A stretch of 63,424 nucleotides of DNA, counting the filler, from Octopus bimaculoides (lineage: Eukaryota): NCBI RefSeq assembly GCF_001194135.2. It is 4 parts of 4 records of this genome, joined end to end, with 100 filler letters (N's around TTAATTAATTAA, not from the genome) between each part and the next. Parts side by side here need not be neighbours in the genome. Positions count along the whole stretch, not along the records: positions 21,357 to 51,272 come from NC_068996.1; 3 more parts are not named here. One strand, given 5' to 3'. The first letter of the stretch is position 1. Each line of letters opens with the position of its first letter. The notes below the pieces were generated by a model, which was given only the letters and a program-made list of their open reading frames with translations, searched no databases and was not told where the DNA came from. Both the position numbers and the translations under genes were made by a program. Below are positions 24,018 to 38,003 of this stretch, one piece after another.

Positions 24018-25151
24018 GNNNNNNNNNNNNNNNNNNNNNNNNNNNNNNNNNNNNNNNNNNNNNNNNNNNNNNNNNNNNNNNNNNNNNNNNNNNNNNNNNN
24101 NNNNNNNNNNNNNNNNNNNNNNNNNNNNNNNNNNNNNNNNNNNNNNNNNNNNNNNNNNNNNNNNNNNNNNNNNNNNNNNNNNNNNNNNNNNNNNNNNNNN
24201 NNNNNNNNNNNNNNNNNNNNNNNNNNNNNNNNNNNNNNNNNNNNNNNNNNNNNNNNNNNNNNNNNNNNNNNNNNNNNNNNNNNNNNNNNNNNNNNNNNNN
24301 NNNNNNNNNNNNNNNNNNNNNNNNNNNNNNNNNNNNNNNNNNNNNNNNNNNNNNNNNNNNNNNNNNNNNNNNNNNNNNNNNNNNNNNNNNNNNNNNNNNN
24401 NNNNNNNNNNNNNNNNNNNNNNNNNNNNNNNNNNNNNNNNNNNNNNNNNNNNNNNNNNNNNNNNNNNNNNNNNNNNNNNNNNNNNNNNNNNNNNNNNNNN
24501 NNNNNNNNNNNNNNNNNNNNNNNNNNNNNNNNNNNNNNNNTATATGTATGTATATATGTATGTATGTATATACATATGTATATATGTATATGTATGCATA
24601 TATGTATGTATATACATGTACATATATATATGTATGCATATATATATGTATGTGTATATACATATATATATATGTGTGTATATATATGTATGTATATATA
24701 TATGTATGTATATATATATAGATATAGATAGATAGATAGATAGATATGAATATATATTTGTATGTATGCATGTAAATGTATGAAACATTTGATATTAAAA
24801 AAACTTACTATTATTATCATTTTTATTTTTTCCCACACAGCTATTTTTGCTACCATATCTCTGGCTAATCGCTGTTCTCAGTCCTACTTCATGGTTGAGT
24901 AGCTGGTAGTGGAAAATGAATAAGTTCAAAGCTTACAACTGAAGCCATTATGTTGTGGCCATGAGCGAAATACAAAAGCCTGTTTACTTAATATGCCAAC
25001 TGAAAATAGGTTCCATTCAAACCTCATGGTCACACGGCTAATTGTAGGAAGAGCAAATAACCGAGAGAAAAAAACATTTTCTGCAGTACAGCCAACAAAG
25101 GAACCCATTCTGCTAGAAATAGTAACCAACACATACTCTCTCTCTCTCTCT

Positions 25152-25260
<109 letters not shown>

Positions 25261-25399
25261 ACTCTCTCTCTCTCTCTTTCTCACATACACACACTCTCTC
25301 TCTCCCTTTCAAATCATGCCCTTAAGATCTTAGAAAAAAATTAAAGACACATCAAACAATATAGTCTTGTATAAAAATGGAATGTCTTGGAAAATAGGT

Positions 25400-25501
25400 C
25401 TACTTGGTCTTGGGTGACTTGGCACCAAACATCAACAACAGTGCTTCAATAAAACCACACCATTTATAATGATATGTGGTAACCTGTCCCCTAGGCGTCC
25501 C
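25400..25501 (-). CDS. Candidate terminal exon: GTPRGQVTTYHYKWCGFIEALLLMFGAKSPKTK*
   Basis: ttcttttctgtag acceptor, open to TAG, AATAAA about 575 nt downstream (24822-24827). No family recognised. Confidence 0.3.
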   Translation of the reverse strand, partial: GTPRGQVTTYHYKWCGFIEALLLMFGAKSPKTK

Positions 25502-27249
25502 CTACAGAAAAGAATTTCAACTTTATTAATCCAGGGTATCAGTTAGTTTATTTTGTTCACACCTAAATCAAATAATTATTTTAATATATGCTCATAAACA
25601 GAATAGTGTCCTCATCTTAGCTGCTATGGTCACAAAATCTTTATTATGATAGTGCTCCCTCTAACCTACTTTGTTGTATATGGGGACTCTTGGAATTTTA
25701 AACTAAACTCCTTATTAAAGAGATTTTTGACATTCTATTTCCCATACCAGGAATGTTCTCTTATATGTTACTTTTCTACTTGTGATGTCAGTTACTTGTT
25801 CTGCTTAAACCAAAGACTTTTATATGAAATTGATCAAGAGATTAAACTCTCATGCTCATTAGCTAAACTGATACATTTTACATTTAACCAGTTATCATAT
25901 TTGCTATTCCATTGCTCCACCAACAACAGAAAACCTGTCATTTTGGGAGAATATATCTTTTTGGTCTGGTTTTGCAAATGAAGATTTATGAAATTGGACT
26001 CTAAGAGAAAGGAAAGAAAATACTTATTAATACTGCTTATAATTATTCAATATAAAAATGAAGAAGATAAAGATAACCTTTATTATAAATCACAAACTCT
26101 GATGCTGTTGAATTTTTATAACTAATATCAGCGTATGTCACCTTCACAGAATAGAAAGTTAAGTGCCAGGATTTGAATGTTAGACTATTGTCAGAATTGT
26201 ATTGTAGTTCTTTTTGTATTATCAATTTCTGAGACATGTTGAAATTTCAAAGAATAATGCAAAACTTCGACTTGGAGAAAGTTGAAATTAGGTAACTCAG
26301 CATAGATATTGTGGTTTTCTCAGTTATGTTTTTATAAGCTTAATATAGGAAATCCTAACAATGGTATAAGGTTTCAGAAAATTGGACCCAGAGGCAATCA
26401 TCTTCATCTAAACTATGATAAGTCAAAAAAAGGAGCCATTTGACCTGCTAGAAAAACAGCCAAGTCTCTCTCAAATGACATTCTGCTGTCTTAAGTAAGG
26501 ACAGTACACATTAGATATTGGTTCAAATTTTGGCACAGGACCACAAGTTCAGGGGAAAGGTTAAGATGATTACACAGACACCAATGCTCAACTGGTACTT
26601 ATTTCATTTACCCTCAAAAGATGAAAGGCAAAGTTGACCTTGGCAGAATTTGAACTGAGAATGCAAAGACAGATGAAATGCTGCTAAGCATTTTGCCCGG
26701 CATGTTAATGATTCTGCCACATTAGATATTATAGACTAACATAGAGACAGGATCACAGCTGGATTCCCCTTGATCTTAAGTCATCTTAATTACGGTTGAC
26801 CTGAAATTAAGCTACCACAGCTCTACAAGAATTGTACATATATATTCATTGTGTTTAATGATCTTAGGTTGACCTCTGAACAGAATGACAAGAGCATTTG
26901 GACGTTCATAAAAAAATATCTACAGTTGTCCTTTCAATCAGAAGAATGTCATTAAATAGAGTAAATTTATTTTTGTAATTCCAAAAAAGTCTATGCACTA
27001 TCTTATAAACTAGTTGAGAAATTAGTTTCTTAATTGTTAAAAGGTTCATTAGAAAGAATTCATTAAGGAAAATAACAAAACAGACAAAAATAAAATAAGA
27101 TTGAAAGATATTTCAGACATAAGTAAAATGTATTCTACAGCTGTTAATTATTTTCTTAAAATAATTGTCTAACATGATTATTTATTTATTTTTACTTTAA
27201 CGGTTTAGTTTGTTTGGTTTGGAATAAGGATCAGTGGCCTATGATTTAT

Positions 27250-27470
27250 GTAGGTCCTCTGAAACTGCTGAATTTTATACAACTAATACCCTTCTTGAAT
27301 AGCTTGAGTTGATGGGCGCAAAAAAGAGCAGGAAGAGGATTCATGAGAGCTAACATTCTGAGGACTAAAGAGTGGACATAGTGGTCAGTGGTGGAGTTTA
27401 GAAGGGGAAGACAGTATGCGTGATGTGAAGAAGAAAGACAAGACAAGAGTACTTGAGTAGAGATTGGACA
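27250..27470 (-). mobile_element. CR1/L2-group LINE 3' fragment
   Basis: TDHYVHSLVLRMLALMNPLPA resembles the terminal SFFPRT-x-x-LWNSLP motif. Confidence 0.45.
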
Positions 27471-28808
27471 CACAAATAGCTGGCTCTGGGGTGCAGAGGT
27501 TTCCCACCACCACCACCAAAAAGAAAAAAAGAAATCAGTAAAAAGAGAGGGTATAACGTCTGGGCACCGAAAATTAGAGTATGTTGGTGAGAAACTTCAT
27601 ATAAGCCAGATGGGTGATTCTTTGTTTTTGGAGGAGAGATTACAGTCAATGATAAAATAATAATGTTTATTTCCTTATCATTAATTATTATGATTTCATT
27701 TGAAAATGCATTCTTCTTCTTCTTCTTCTTCTTCTTCTTCTTCTTCTTCTTCTTCTTCTTCTTCTTCTTCTTCTCTTCTCCTCTTCCTCCTCTTCCTCCT
27801 CTTCTTCTCTTCTCCTCTTCCTCCTCTTCCTCCTCTTCCTCCTCTTCCTCNNNNNNNNNNNNNNNNNNNNNNNNNNNNNNNNNNNNNNNNNNNNNNNNNN
27901 NNNNNNNNNNNNNNNNNNNNNNNNNNNNNNNNNNNNNNNNNNNNNNNNNNNNNNNNNNNNNNNNNNNNNNNNNNNNNNNNNNNNNNNNNNNNNNNNNNNN
28001 NNNNNNNNNNNNNNNNNNNNNNNNNNNNNNNNNNNNNNNNNNNNNNNNNNNNNNNNNNNNNNNNNNNNNNNNNNNNNNNNNNNNNNNNNNNNNNNNNNNN
28101 NNNNNNNNNNNNNNNNNNNNNNNNNNNNNNNNNNNNNNNNNNNNNNNNNNNNNNNNNNNNNNNNNNNNNNNNNNNNNNNNNNNNNNNNNNNNNNNNNNNN
28201 NNNNNNNNNNNNNNNNNNNNNNNNNNNNNNNNNNNNNNNNNNNNNNNNNNNNNNNNNNNNNNNNNNNNNNNNNNNNNNNNNNNNNNNNNNNNNNNNNNNN
28301 NNNNNNNNNNNNNNNNNNNNNNNNNNNNNNNNNNNNNNNNNNNNNNNNNNNNNNNNNNNNNNNNNNNNNNNNNNNNNNNNNNNNNNNNNNNNNNNNNNNN
28401 NNNNNNNNNNNNNNNNNNNNNNNNNNNNNNNNNNNNNNNNNNNNNNNNNNNNNNNNNNNNNNNNNNNNNNNNNNNNNNNNNNNNNNNNNNNNNNNNNNNN
28501 NNNNNNNNNNNNNNNNNNNNNNNNNNNNNNNNNNNNNATCATCATCATCATCATCATCATCATCAAAGGCAGTGAACTAGCAGAAGCATTAACATGCCAG
28601 GTAAAATGTTTAGTGGTATTTCGTCCATCTTCATGTTCTGAGTTCAAATTCCACCAAGGTTGGCTTTGCCTTTCATCCTTTAAGGGTTCATAAAGTAAGT
28701 ATCAGATGGACTCGACTTATCAACTCCCCCAAAATTGCTACACTTGTGGCAAAATTTGAAACCATTATTAATTATTATTATTGTTGTTGGTTTGAATTAG
28801 GTTTGGTC

Positions 28809-28855
<47 letters not shown>

Positions 28856-29357
28856 ATGATTATTATTATTGTTATTATTATTATTATTATTACTATTACT
28901 GAAGGTGGCGAGTGAAATACTTAGCGGCATTTTGTCCGATTGCACATTCTGAGTTTAAATACCACCGAGGTCTTCTGTGTCTTTCATCCTTTCGGAGTAA
29001 ATAAATTAAGTACCAGTGAAACACTGAGGTCGATGTAATCAACTGGCCCCCTCCCCCAAAATTTCAGGCCTTGTGCCTACAGCAGAAAGGATTATTATTA
29101 TTATTATGTTGTTTTTTTTCTTCTTTCTTCAAATTTTTTCCCATTTCTCGCCGAGTGTTTTCCGTACACCTAGGGCAGAGAAACGTTGTATGCATTCCCA
29201 ATTTACACACGCAAATTCATAGGTAAAACATGTATTTAAAAAAAAAAAATTTTTTTAAAATCATGAATGGATGTTGTTTTCACAGCGATAATGCTCTTCT
29301 TAGTACATGAGTCGTTCCAGTTAGCACGATTTTTTGCACCTCCTGTNNNNNNNNNNT

Positions 29358-29640
29358 TAGCTTTTATAGTCTTGTCGGTATGTACGGGGAAGTCCCAGAG
29401 AATCGATACATTTTCTCCCTCAGTCACAGCTTCAGGATGGTGTTTATACCATTTGTCAGCGCTTTTGATTTTATAATGCTGACATATTGTCCAGTGTAAA
29501 TACTGGCCAACTCTGTCATGTCTTGCTTTATATTCTACAGGTGCTAACACTCTACACCCTGAGATTAGGTGGTCTATAGTTTCAATCGCATCGTTACAAA
29601 ATCGGCATTTTGGGTCAGCTCCATTTTTTATCACATTGGC
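29358..29640 (-). mobile_element. R4/Dong-clade retrotransposon zinc-finger region
   Basis: KCRFCNDAIETIDHLISGC (CCHC) ... YKARHDRVGQYLHW ... ILWDFPVHTDKTIKA, typical of RLE-type elements. Confidence 0.85.
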
Positions 29641-29717
29641 TTGGTAGTTCCGGGTTGCCTTTGCACATCATCTAACAATGTCAGCTGTTCACTACCAGTG
29701 AACTAAGGTAACACCTC

Positions 29718-30050
29718 TTATTTTTCAAGCACCTTCCGGAGTATTCGAGCGGTTCCAAGCAATGCTGTTTTCTGCAAGTGTTCCACCCTTATTGCAGCCC
29801 CTATTTGTTCCGCGTACTTCTCAAGAATTTTACTCACTGTTCCCAGGGCTCCTACAGTTATTGGTACTACTACCACCTTTTTCAGCGACCACAACTGCTT
29901 AACTTCCCAAGCTAACCTGTCTTATCTCTCGACTTTTCTTTATTCCTTATCGCATACCTTGTTGTCAGCTGGGCATGCTATATCTATGATCCAGCATAGT
30001 TTACTTTCTTTCTCAATCAACACTATGTCCGGCTTCCTATTCTCTATCTC
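29718..30050 (-). mobile_element. R4/Dong-clade restriction-like endonuclease C-terminus
   Basis: NRKPDIVLIEKESKLCWIIDIACP...VVPITVGALGTV...LQKTALLGTARILRKVLEK* (PD...D core), with internal stops. Confidence 0.85.
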
Positions 30051-32303
30051 ATGGTCGCACTGAATCATGAAATCCCAAAGTGTGCCTATAAAGAGTTACA
30101 TTCTTCAAAATTCCATAAACTCCTAAACTCCCAAATTATTTACCCAAAATTGCGTTTCAGCAGAATCAGCAACGGATACCACTTGCTGCAACATCTGGCG
30201 GAAGTCACACACCACCAGTACCAGAAAATGAGAATACATCAAATGCAAAAGAAATGCTGAAATTCAATCTAAATTCTAAATCAATCTATCAAACATTGTC
30301 TATCCCTATTTATGGAATATCATTAAAGCACAACTGATAACTGGAATATCAGATGTGTTTTCATCTGCTGTTAGTTCTGACAGTGTGTGTGTGTGTGTGT
30401 TTGTGTGCGCACATGTTTTACCTAAAAGTAAAAAACTCGCACTCAATTGGTTACAACAAGAATTCCAGTTGATCCGATCAACGGAACAGCCCACTCGTGA
30501 AATTAACATGCAAGTGGCTGAGCACTCCACAGACATGCATATCCTTAATGTAGTTCTTAGGAAGATTTAGCATGACATAGAATATGACAGGGCTGGCCCT
30601 TGTGAATTACAGGTACAACTCATTTTTCCCAGCTGAGTGTACTGGAGCATTGTAAAATAAAGTGTCTTCTTCAAGAACAGAATGTACCACCAGGAATCGA
30701 ACCGACAATCTTACAATCATGAGCTGAATACCCTAATTGTTAAGTGTTTATAACTTATCTTCAACTCCTTTCATGCACCATTGTCAATATGGACTTTGCT
30801 GAGGGATTATAAAAAAAGGAACATTGTCAACCATCCAGCTGTCTGCTGTGTCAGATTAGGTAATTAGCAGCAACTGTGCTTAGAAAGAGTTACATTCTTC
30901 AAAATTCCATAAACCCCTAAACTCCCAAATTATTTACCCAAAACTGTGCTACAGCAGAATTTGCAAAGAATACCACTTGCTGCAACATCTGGTGGAAGTC
31001 CCACACCACCACTACCAGAAAAGCAAAGAATGCTTTTGTGCATTATTGCAATAAAGCCTTCTGATTCCTTGTAAAATTCTTCTCAACCAACTTCACACAA
31101 TCCTCCTACTTATTACTTCTCAAACAAAATGGCTCCATCAACAATACTCTTAAAAAGAAACCTCAGCATTTGCTTCCCATTTTGCATTTAACTCCTCACT
31201 TCACTCTCTCGCAAAACTCCATTCAGACTGTCCTCCACTCACCCATGGTCTTGCTACTCCAGTTACAGTTGAGTATGTAAAAAAAATGCATTGATTTCTA
31301 CAACCCACAAGCCATCTGTTCCACCACTTACAAACAATACACTCCACAATTAATTCCTATACTTCTGAAACTCTTTGATATCCCTCCCCCTCCCTCTTAT
31401 TATATCTCAATCTTTTGGAACCTGCCTCAGTACAATGGTTCCCAACTGATTCACTACCAAGGACTCCTTTGATTCAAATAAATATTCTCATGGACTAGGT
31501 TTTAGAAAGGCTTATCTATTCAATAAGCCAATTTTATTAACTGACAACCAAATTGTCCTATTTTAATCTCTTGATTATAATGTAACTGAATAAATATATG
31601 CAATGGATTCATTAAATATTTAAAATTGCAGCCTTTTAAAATTTTGAACACAGCTCACAGACCCCAATACTACCAGTGAGGACTTCAGGTTAGAAACTTC
31701 TGTCATCTTATAATTCATCACCAAAATATTAATTTATCTGACACTTCCAACAATTGACATGTTGGACTCATTTCCAGCGTGGAAACAGTTTTCAATCATT
31801 CTCTCTTATCTTCAAGATTTCCAATTATTCTCTCTTGTCTATAACTAGCAGTACTCCATTCTTTGAATTAGACCCACTGAGAACTTGATTTTTATTTCCC
31901 AAATGGTCCCTTGCACTTGACATTGACAAAGATTTTGAATCTTCCAGCTAAAGTTTCCTGCCTTTGGCCTCTATCTGTTAGTCATTTCTTGAATCAAACT
32001 CTTCCTATTAGACGGGACATTTTTCACCTCTCTCTGACTGACATTTTATTAACTCTGGTGTATTCCAAGGATCTGTTACGTTTTCTCATCATCATTCTGA
32101 ACATTAACAATCTACTTCACACTGTTGGTTACTACTTTCCACTCCTTAACCTTCTACTTAGACAGACAATCATTTAAATGCTATGTAAGCAACTATTGTT
32201 AGACATACACTGCTTGCATGAAATGAGACCGTGAAGAGAATCCTTCAGTGGGAGACAATAACCTAATCTCTAGCAGAGAGCACAATTAAAATATATATAT
32301 ACA

Positions 32304-32688
32304 GGCACAGGAGTGGCTGTGTGGTAAGAAGCTTGCTACCCAACCATGTGGTCCTGGGTTCAGTCCAACTGCGTGGCACCTTGGACAAGTGTCTTCTACT
32401 ATAACCTTGAGCTGACCAAAGCCTTGTGAGTGGATTTGCTAGGCAGAAACTGATATATATGCATATATATCTATGTGTGTGTGTGTTTGTCCCCCATCAC
32501 CACTTGACAGCCGGTGTTGGTGTGTTTGTCTCCATAACTTAGCAGTTCAGCAAAAAAGACCGATAGAATAAGTACCAGGCTTTAAAAATAAGTGCTGGAG
32601 TCAATTCATTCGACTAAAAATTCAAGGCAGTGTTCCAGCATGGCCACAGTCTAATTACTGAGACAGGTAGAAGGTAAAAGATAAAAGA
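32304..32688 (+). mobile_element. SINE family A
   Basis: Full head-to-tail match to the family A consensus. Confidence 0.75.
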
Positions 32689-32759
32689 TACATTCAAAGA
32701 AAACACAGTTACATGCTCACCTTCTCACATCAACACAAAGCTAAAGCTCCCAGACTCAC

Positions 32760-32851
32760 TGGAAAGGTTAGCTTTGTAACCTGTGCAGTTTTTCATGTTA
32801 ACCTCATATGCGTAACTACCAAACTGCACCCAATAGCCTTGGCTTTCTCTT
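32760..32851 (-). CDS. Candidate internal exon of an unidentified gene: RESQGYWVQFGSYAYEVNMKNCTGYKANLS
   Basis: tatttattttcag acceptor and A|gtgagt donor; 92 nt with only one open frame (phase 2 in, 1 out); non-repetitive. No family recognised. Confidence 0.45.
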
Positions 32852-33574
32852 CTGAAAATAAATACTTCAGTTCTGATCAGTCACTAACTCTCTTCAAAGT
32901 TTAGGTACAGCATTTGAGTGCTACTATTGCTCATGGTATACATGTAGACATCCTGGACTAAATGTCATCCTGTTGGCTGGCAAAAATTTATGCACTAACA
33001 GAAAGCAACCTCTAGCAAGCAGACATGCTATAACAGTTCTTTCACTCTGCTGTCCATTCTATAATGGCTTCTGCTGTCCATTCTATAATGGCTTCTGCTT
33101 CCCTGAGTTCCCTAAGTTCGAAAATATAAGGACACAGATCATGTCATATAGCCAGCTGGAGATGATGTCTCCTGGGGCTAAATTACAGCAACATTCGTCC
33201 TAAACCAGGACTGCCATATTATGCTGGCAAACAAGCTTTACTCCAAAGTACTGTTGCTGAATATCTCTCATTGTGAGATTTAAAAATAGTAATTTTCAAA
33301 CATCATATTAGTCCCATCGAATGCATTCGCCTTTTCTCCTGTTACTCATATCCAGTCTCATCTCCTACCAAAATATTTTATCCCTACCCAACAGCCTGAG
33401 AGCTCTTTGTAACTCCCTCAGTTATTTTTTAAAGACTTTAATCCACAGATATTCGGACTAAACACCAACCACATTAATCTCATAAATCTAGGAAAGCTAG
33501 ATAAGGTTATGCAGTCTGCCCCTCTTCTTTTCGATAACTTTAAAAAAATAAAATAAAATGAAATATTTTATATT

Positions 33575-33980
33575 AGTGTCAAGAACTGTCAAAACACAGT
33601 GACAAGAACTGTCAAAAACACAGTGTCAAGAACTGTCAAAACACAGTGTCAAGAACTTTCAAAACACAGTGACAAGAACTGTCAAAAACACAGTGTCAAG
33701 AACTGTCAAAACACAGTGACAAGAACTGTCAAAACACAGTGACAAGCACTGTCAAAACACAGTGACAAGAACTGTCAAAACACAGTGTCAAGAACTGTCA
33801 AAACACAGTGACAAGAACTGTCAAAACACAGTGACAAGAACTGTCAAAACACAGTGTCAAGAACTGTCAAAACACAGTGACAAGAACTGTCAAAACACAG
33901 TGACAAGAACTGTCAAAACACAGTGACAAGAACTGTCAAAACACAGTGTCAAAAACTGTCAAAAAATCAATGACAAGAAC
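33575..33980. repeat. Minisatellite, 23(-24)-bp unit AGTG(A/T)CAAGAACTGTCAAAACAC, about 17 copies
   Basis: Direct reading of the tandem units; no intervening spacers. Confidence 0.95.
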
Positions 33981-34041
33981 ATCAGGTGAGGCAAACGAAT
34001 GAAAACAAATATATGACAGGTTATATTCCAATTGTCTAGAA

Positions 34042-34357
34042 CAGTGGTTCTTAATTTATTTTTATCTATAGACTCCATTGTTTGCTATTTTATTGTGGTG
34101 GACCCTCCATCCCGTAGCCATTCGATGTTTAAAAGATTGATTTATGGATACTTCTTTACACATTCACTTGTGAAAGCTGTAAAACATTAGAGAAAGAAAC
34201 CTAGTTGCTTCTTGCAATAGATATATTTAAATCAAGGCTTTTCATGGACCCTTAAAATACTACTGTAGATCCTCAGCTTACTATCTAGATTGCATGGACC
34301 TCCAAAAATCTTATATGGACCCCTAGGCATCATACAGACTCTAGTTGAGAACCACTG
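34042..34357. mobile_element. hAT (Charlie-like) MITE with perfect 8-bp TSD
   Basis: TIRs CAGTGGTTCTTAA ... TTGAGAACCACTG; GTCTAGAA at both 34034-34041 and 34358-34365 (nTCTAGAn target). Confidence 0.9.
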
Positions 34358-34449
34358 GTCTAGAATATTCCAGTCACATAAAAACATCCAAGAAATTACA
34401 TAAGTGCTATATGAATAAATACATGTGTATGCATATATATATGATCAAT

Positions 34450-34770
34450 ACCAGGCTCGCCTGACTGGCTCCCCTGCCAGTGGTACGTAAAATGTACCAT
34501 CCAAACGTGGCCGATGCCAGTACCCCCTGACTGGCTCCCCTGCCGGTGGCACACAAAAAGTACTATCTGAATGTGATCGATGCCAAGCCCACCTGACTGG
34601 CTCCTGAGTGGTTGGTGCTAGGAAGGGCATCCAGCTGTAGAAACATTGCCAGATCAGACTGGAGCCTGGTGCAGCCTCCTGGCTTTTCAGATCTCAATCA
34701 AACTGTCCAACTCATGCCAGCATGGAAAGCGGACATTAAATGACGACGATGACGATGATGATGATGATGT
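34450..34770 (+). mobile_element. Retroposon 3' end with (GAT)n tail (family C; probably an RTE 3' end or RTE-mobilised SINE)
   Basis: ...aggaagggcatccagc...ccagcatggaaagcggacattaaatgacgacgatgatg; related copies at about 41065-41600 (-), 44800-44915 (+), 45409-45900 (-), 47235-47445 (+). Confidence 0.55.
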
Positions 34771-35032
34771 AAACTACTTAGTGGTATTTTGCCCATCCTT
34801 TATATTCTGAGTTCACATTCCACTGAGGACAACTTTGCCTTTCATATTTTCAGAATTGACAAATTAAGTATCACTTGAGTTCTGGGGTTAAAGTAATCAG
34901 CTTACCCACCCACCTGAAAATGCTGGCCTTGTGCCAAAATTTGAGACCAATAATATGTTATTGGCCTCAAAATCCAATAAAACTGTTGGCTTGAGATTTC
35001 TAGATGTGTTAAATCTGAACATGACATAGGTG

Positions 35033-35068
<36 letters not shown>

Positions 35069-35113
35069 TACTTATTTATCTAATAGAAATGTGATAAAAA
35101 GTTAGTAGTTTTT

Positions 35114-35147
<34 letters not shown>

Positions 35148-36129
35148 CATAATCAGGTGAAACCATTAACAGGCTGTGTTATTCCTTATGTCTTCAAGGG
35201 ATTTGTGTACTTGTACTGTGTAGAATGTGTTTGTGAGACGACATTTTGTAAAATGATTACAGTGAAATGATTTTGACCATAAATTGAAATTAAGTCATGG
35301 AGTTAGAGCATTAAAACTTACTTACTACCTACTGGTTTGCAGCAGTCATGTGTGTTTATAACAAAGAACAACTATCTTAGTAACAACATAGAAATATAAA
35401 GGCTATAATCCACAATGATATTTAAAATTAGGTATTAATACTTTAATTAAACAATGATAGCAAAAGAGAGAAAGAGGCTGGGTGAGAATGAAAGACAATT
35501 AACTGATGTACTTGTGGTTGTTGTTGTTGTTTTTGTTGTTGTTCATTGTGAATTTTGTTGTGGCAGTCAAGATTTAGATTGAGATCTGTCAGCCTTGGGA
35601 TATTGCAGTGCCGTATATTCTAAGTATTACCCAGCAGTTTTATAATCATCAAGTAGTGGTGGTGGTGGTGGTGGTGGTGGTTGTAGTAGTACCATCAACA
35701 TTTGTGGTGGTGTGATTTTCTATATAATATAATGTATTCAAGTGGCTGAGGTCAAGTATGCACTGCAACCACAATGTAATATATTGTGGTCCAATGTTTT
35801 TTCATAAAAAGCCTACACTTCTCAATGGTATTGTCCTGTAAGGATCGAAAAACAAAAAAGGCAAAGTGCTCCAAGCACCACTTTCCATCCTGTTGTAGGC
35901 TATTGTTGTAGGCTATTGTTGTAGGCTATTGTTGTAGGCAATATGTTTTTTGTGTGGTCTGGGGGTGGAATGGAAGGGCGACACACACTCTAGCTATTCC
36001 AGTGCATACACACACGCGCGCGCACGCGCACACACACACACACACACACACACATACATGCATGAATTGTCTAATAGACCATAAATCAGGGTAAAGATGC
36101 ACTCGTACATCTGTCAGTAGAGTGGGTAT

Positions 36130-36899
36130 ATTATCTGAAATGCATAGTATTAAATATCCATCATGGCTGATCTTACCAATCGGTTTCGCATAGAGAATAC
36201 AATGAAGAGTTAGGTAACAATCCAATTATATAACTTTATGCTCATCAGAGTTAGCTGATATGGAAGGGAATATGCCGACTACTCTCTATTGCTGGAGGCG
36301 GATTAGCACAACCACCCAGTGGCTGCTGTGAAAAAGGTGGTGGATCCCCTGCACACAAATTGTACCCCAACACATGCACAGAACCCCCCTCCACACACAC
36401 ACACATTACACATTAGATACACATTACACACCACATGCTAACAACTCCACTCGCCAACTTTATCCTTTACAGAAAGAAAACAAACTAACGAACACACCTA
36501 TATACACACCCGGATAAAATTATGCATATGACACCACTATATATATCACACACCCCATCCCCACAGAAGCACCAGTTTAATAAATAATACACATCTTTTC
36601 TACTTCAAGATAACTTTTGCTGGCTTAACAGCATACCCAACCAAGGGACATAATTCCTAACCTAATTCCCTGGCCCTTTTTCATTTCACCACCTTTTTCA
36701 TAGCAGCTGCTGACCGATTGTTCTAATCCACCTCCAACAATAGAGTGCAGTCAGCATATTCTCTTCCATATTGGCTAACTCTGATGAGCATAGAGTTATA
36801 TAATCAGATTGTTACCTAACACACCATTGTATTCTTTTATGTGAAACCAATTGGTAAGATCAGCCATGATGGATGTTTTTATACTACACTTTTCGGATG

Positions 36900-36900
<1 letters not shown>
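36130..36900. mobile_element. Foldback/MITE with ~185-bp imperfect terminal inverted repeats
   Basis: About 36130-36312 is the reverse complement of about 36716-36900 (e.g. catccatcatggctgatcttaccaat / attggtaagatcagccatgatggatg). Confidence 0.75.
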
Positions 36901-36933
<33 letters not shown>

Positions 36934-38003
36934 GTATATATGTATATATATATGTGTGTGTTTGTATTATATATCTGTAAGAAGTGTTATGTAATAAATT
37001 GTTATGTCATGTTTTGTATTAAAAAATAATCTACAGTTGTAATCCAATTTGTTTTGTTTGTTGGNNNNNNNNNNNNNNNNNNNNNNNNNNNNNNNNNNNN
37101 NNNNNNNNNNNNNNNNNNNNNNNNNNNNNNNNNNNNNNNNNNNNNNNNNNNNNNNNNNNNNNNNNNNNNNNNNNNNNNNNNNNNNNNNNNNNNNNNNNNN
37201 NNNNNNNNNNNNNNNNNNNNNNNNNNNNNNNNNNNNNNNNNNNNNNNNNNNNNNNNNNNNNNNNNNNNNNNNNNNNNNNNNNNNNNNNATTTATATATAT
37301 ATATATATAGAGTGAGAGAGAGAAAGAGAGAGACAGTGAAAGATAGAAGAGAGAGACAGTGAAAGATAGAAGAGAGATACACTCATGCATATGTATGTAT
37401 GTATGTATGTATAGATTGGCTGACCGAAAACTCTATTTTACTATTATCGGCATTTGCTGTTTCATTAAATTATGTTACCCAAAATCCCAAAAGAATATTT
37501 TTCTCCCTCGTGTTCTGACCACCCAACTCTGGCACCCCCTCTCTCTCTCTGCCTCACTTTGTCTCTCTCTCCCTCTCTCTAAGCCGCACTCTATCTGTCT
37601 GTCTTTCTCTCTCTTCCGATTACCACTGTTCAAGACTTCCTCTACCACCACCCCCACCCTATATAAACTAGCGCACGCACTTGGATTCCCCTACTCAATT
37701 CTTAATACCTCCGTCGAAAGAATACGTATCCGGAAGATGCTCTTGTCTAAATTTGCTACTTCGCTGTACGCCTGCCCTCCCGCCCCCTCCACCTGTACTG
37801 GAAGTTCCTATCTTCTGTCATCCTTTGGTTGTTTCCCATGAACACTTCTAAAGGCTTTAAGTCACCCCCCACCCCTACTTAGGGTTTATTTCCTATGTAA
37901 AGTAGTGATCATATAGTGCATAAATATGATGGTGTAATGTATGCAGTTTGAATTGAAGGCAATTATTTGTTTATGAATTCTGGCAAATGCGAGCTTTCTT
38001 TTC

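Noticed and set aside
25646-25981. 111-aa plus-strand ORF in unique sequence
   Set aside because: AT-rich composition, no motifs and no convincing splice structure; consistent with chance.
33575-33980. CRISPR-like array (palindromic ~23-bp repeats)
   Set aside because: Units are directly adjacent with no unique spacers, there are no cas genes, and the context is eukaryotic.
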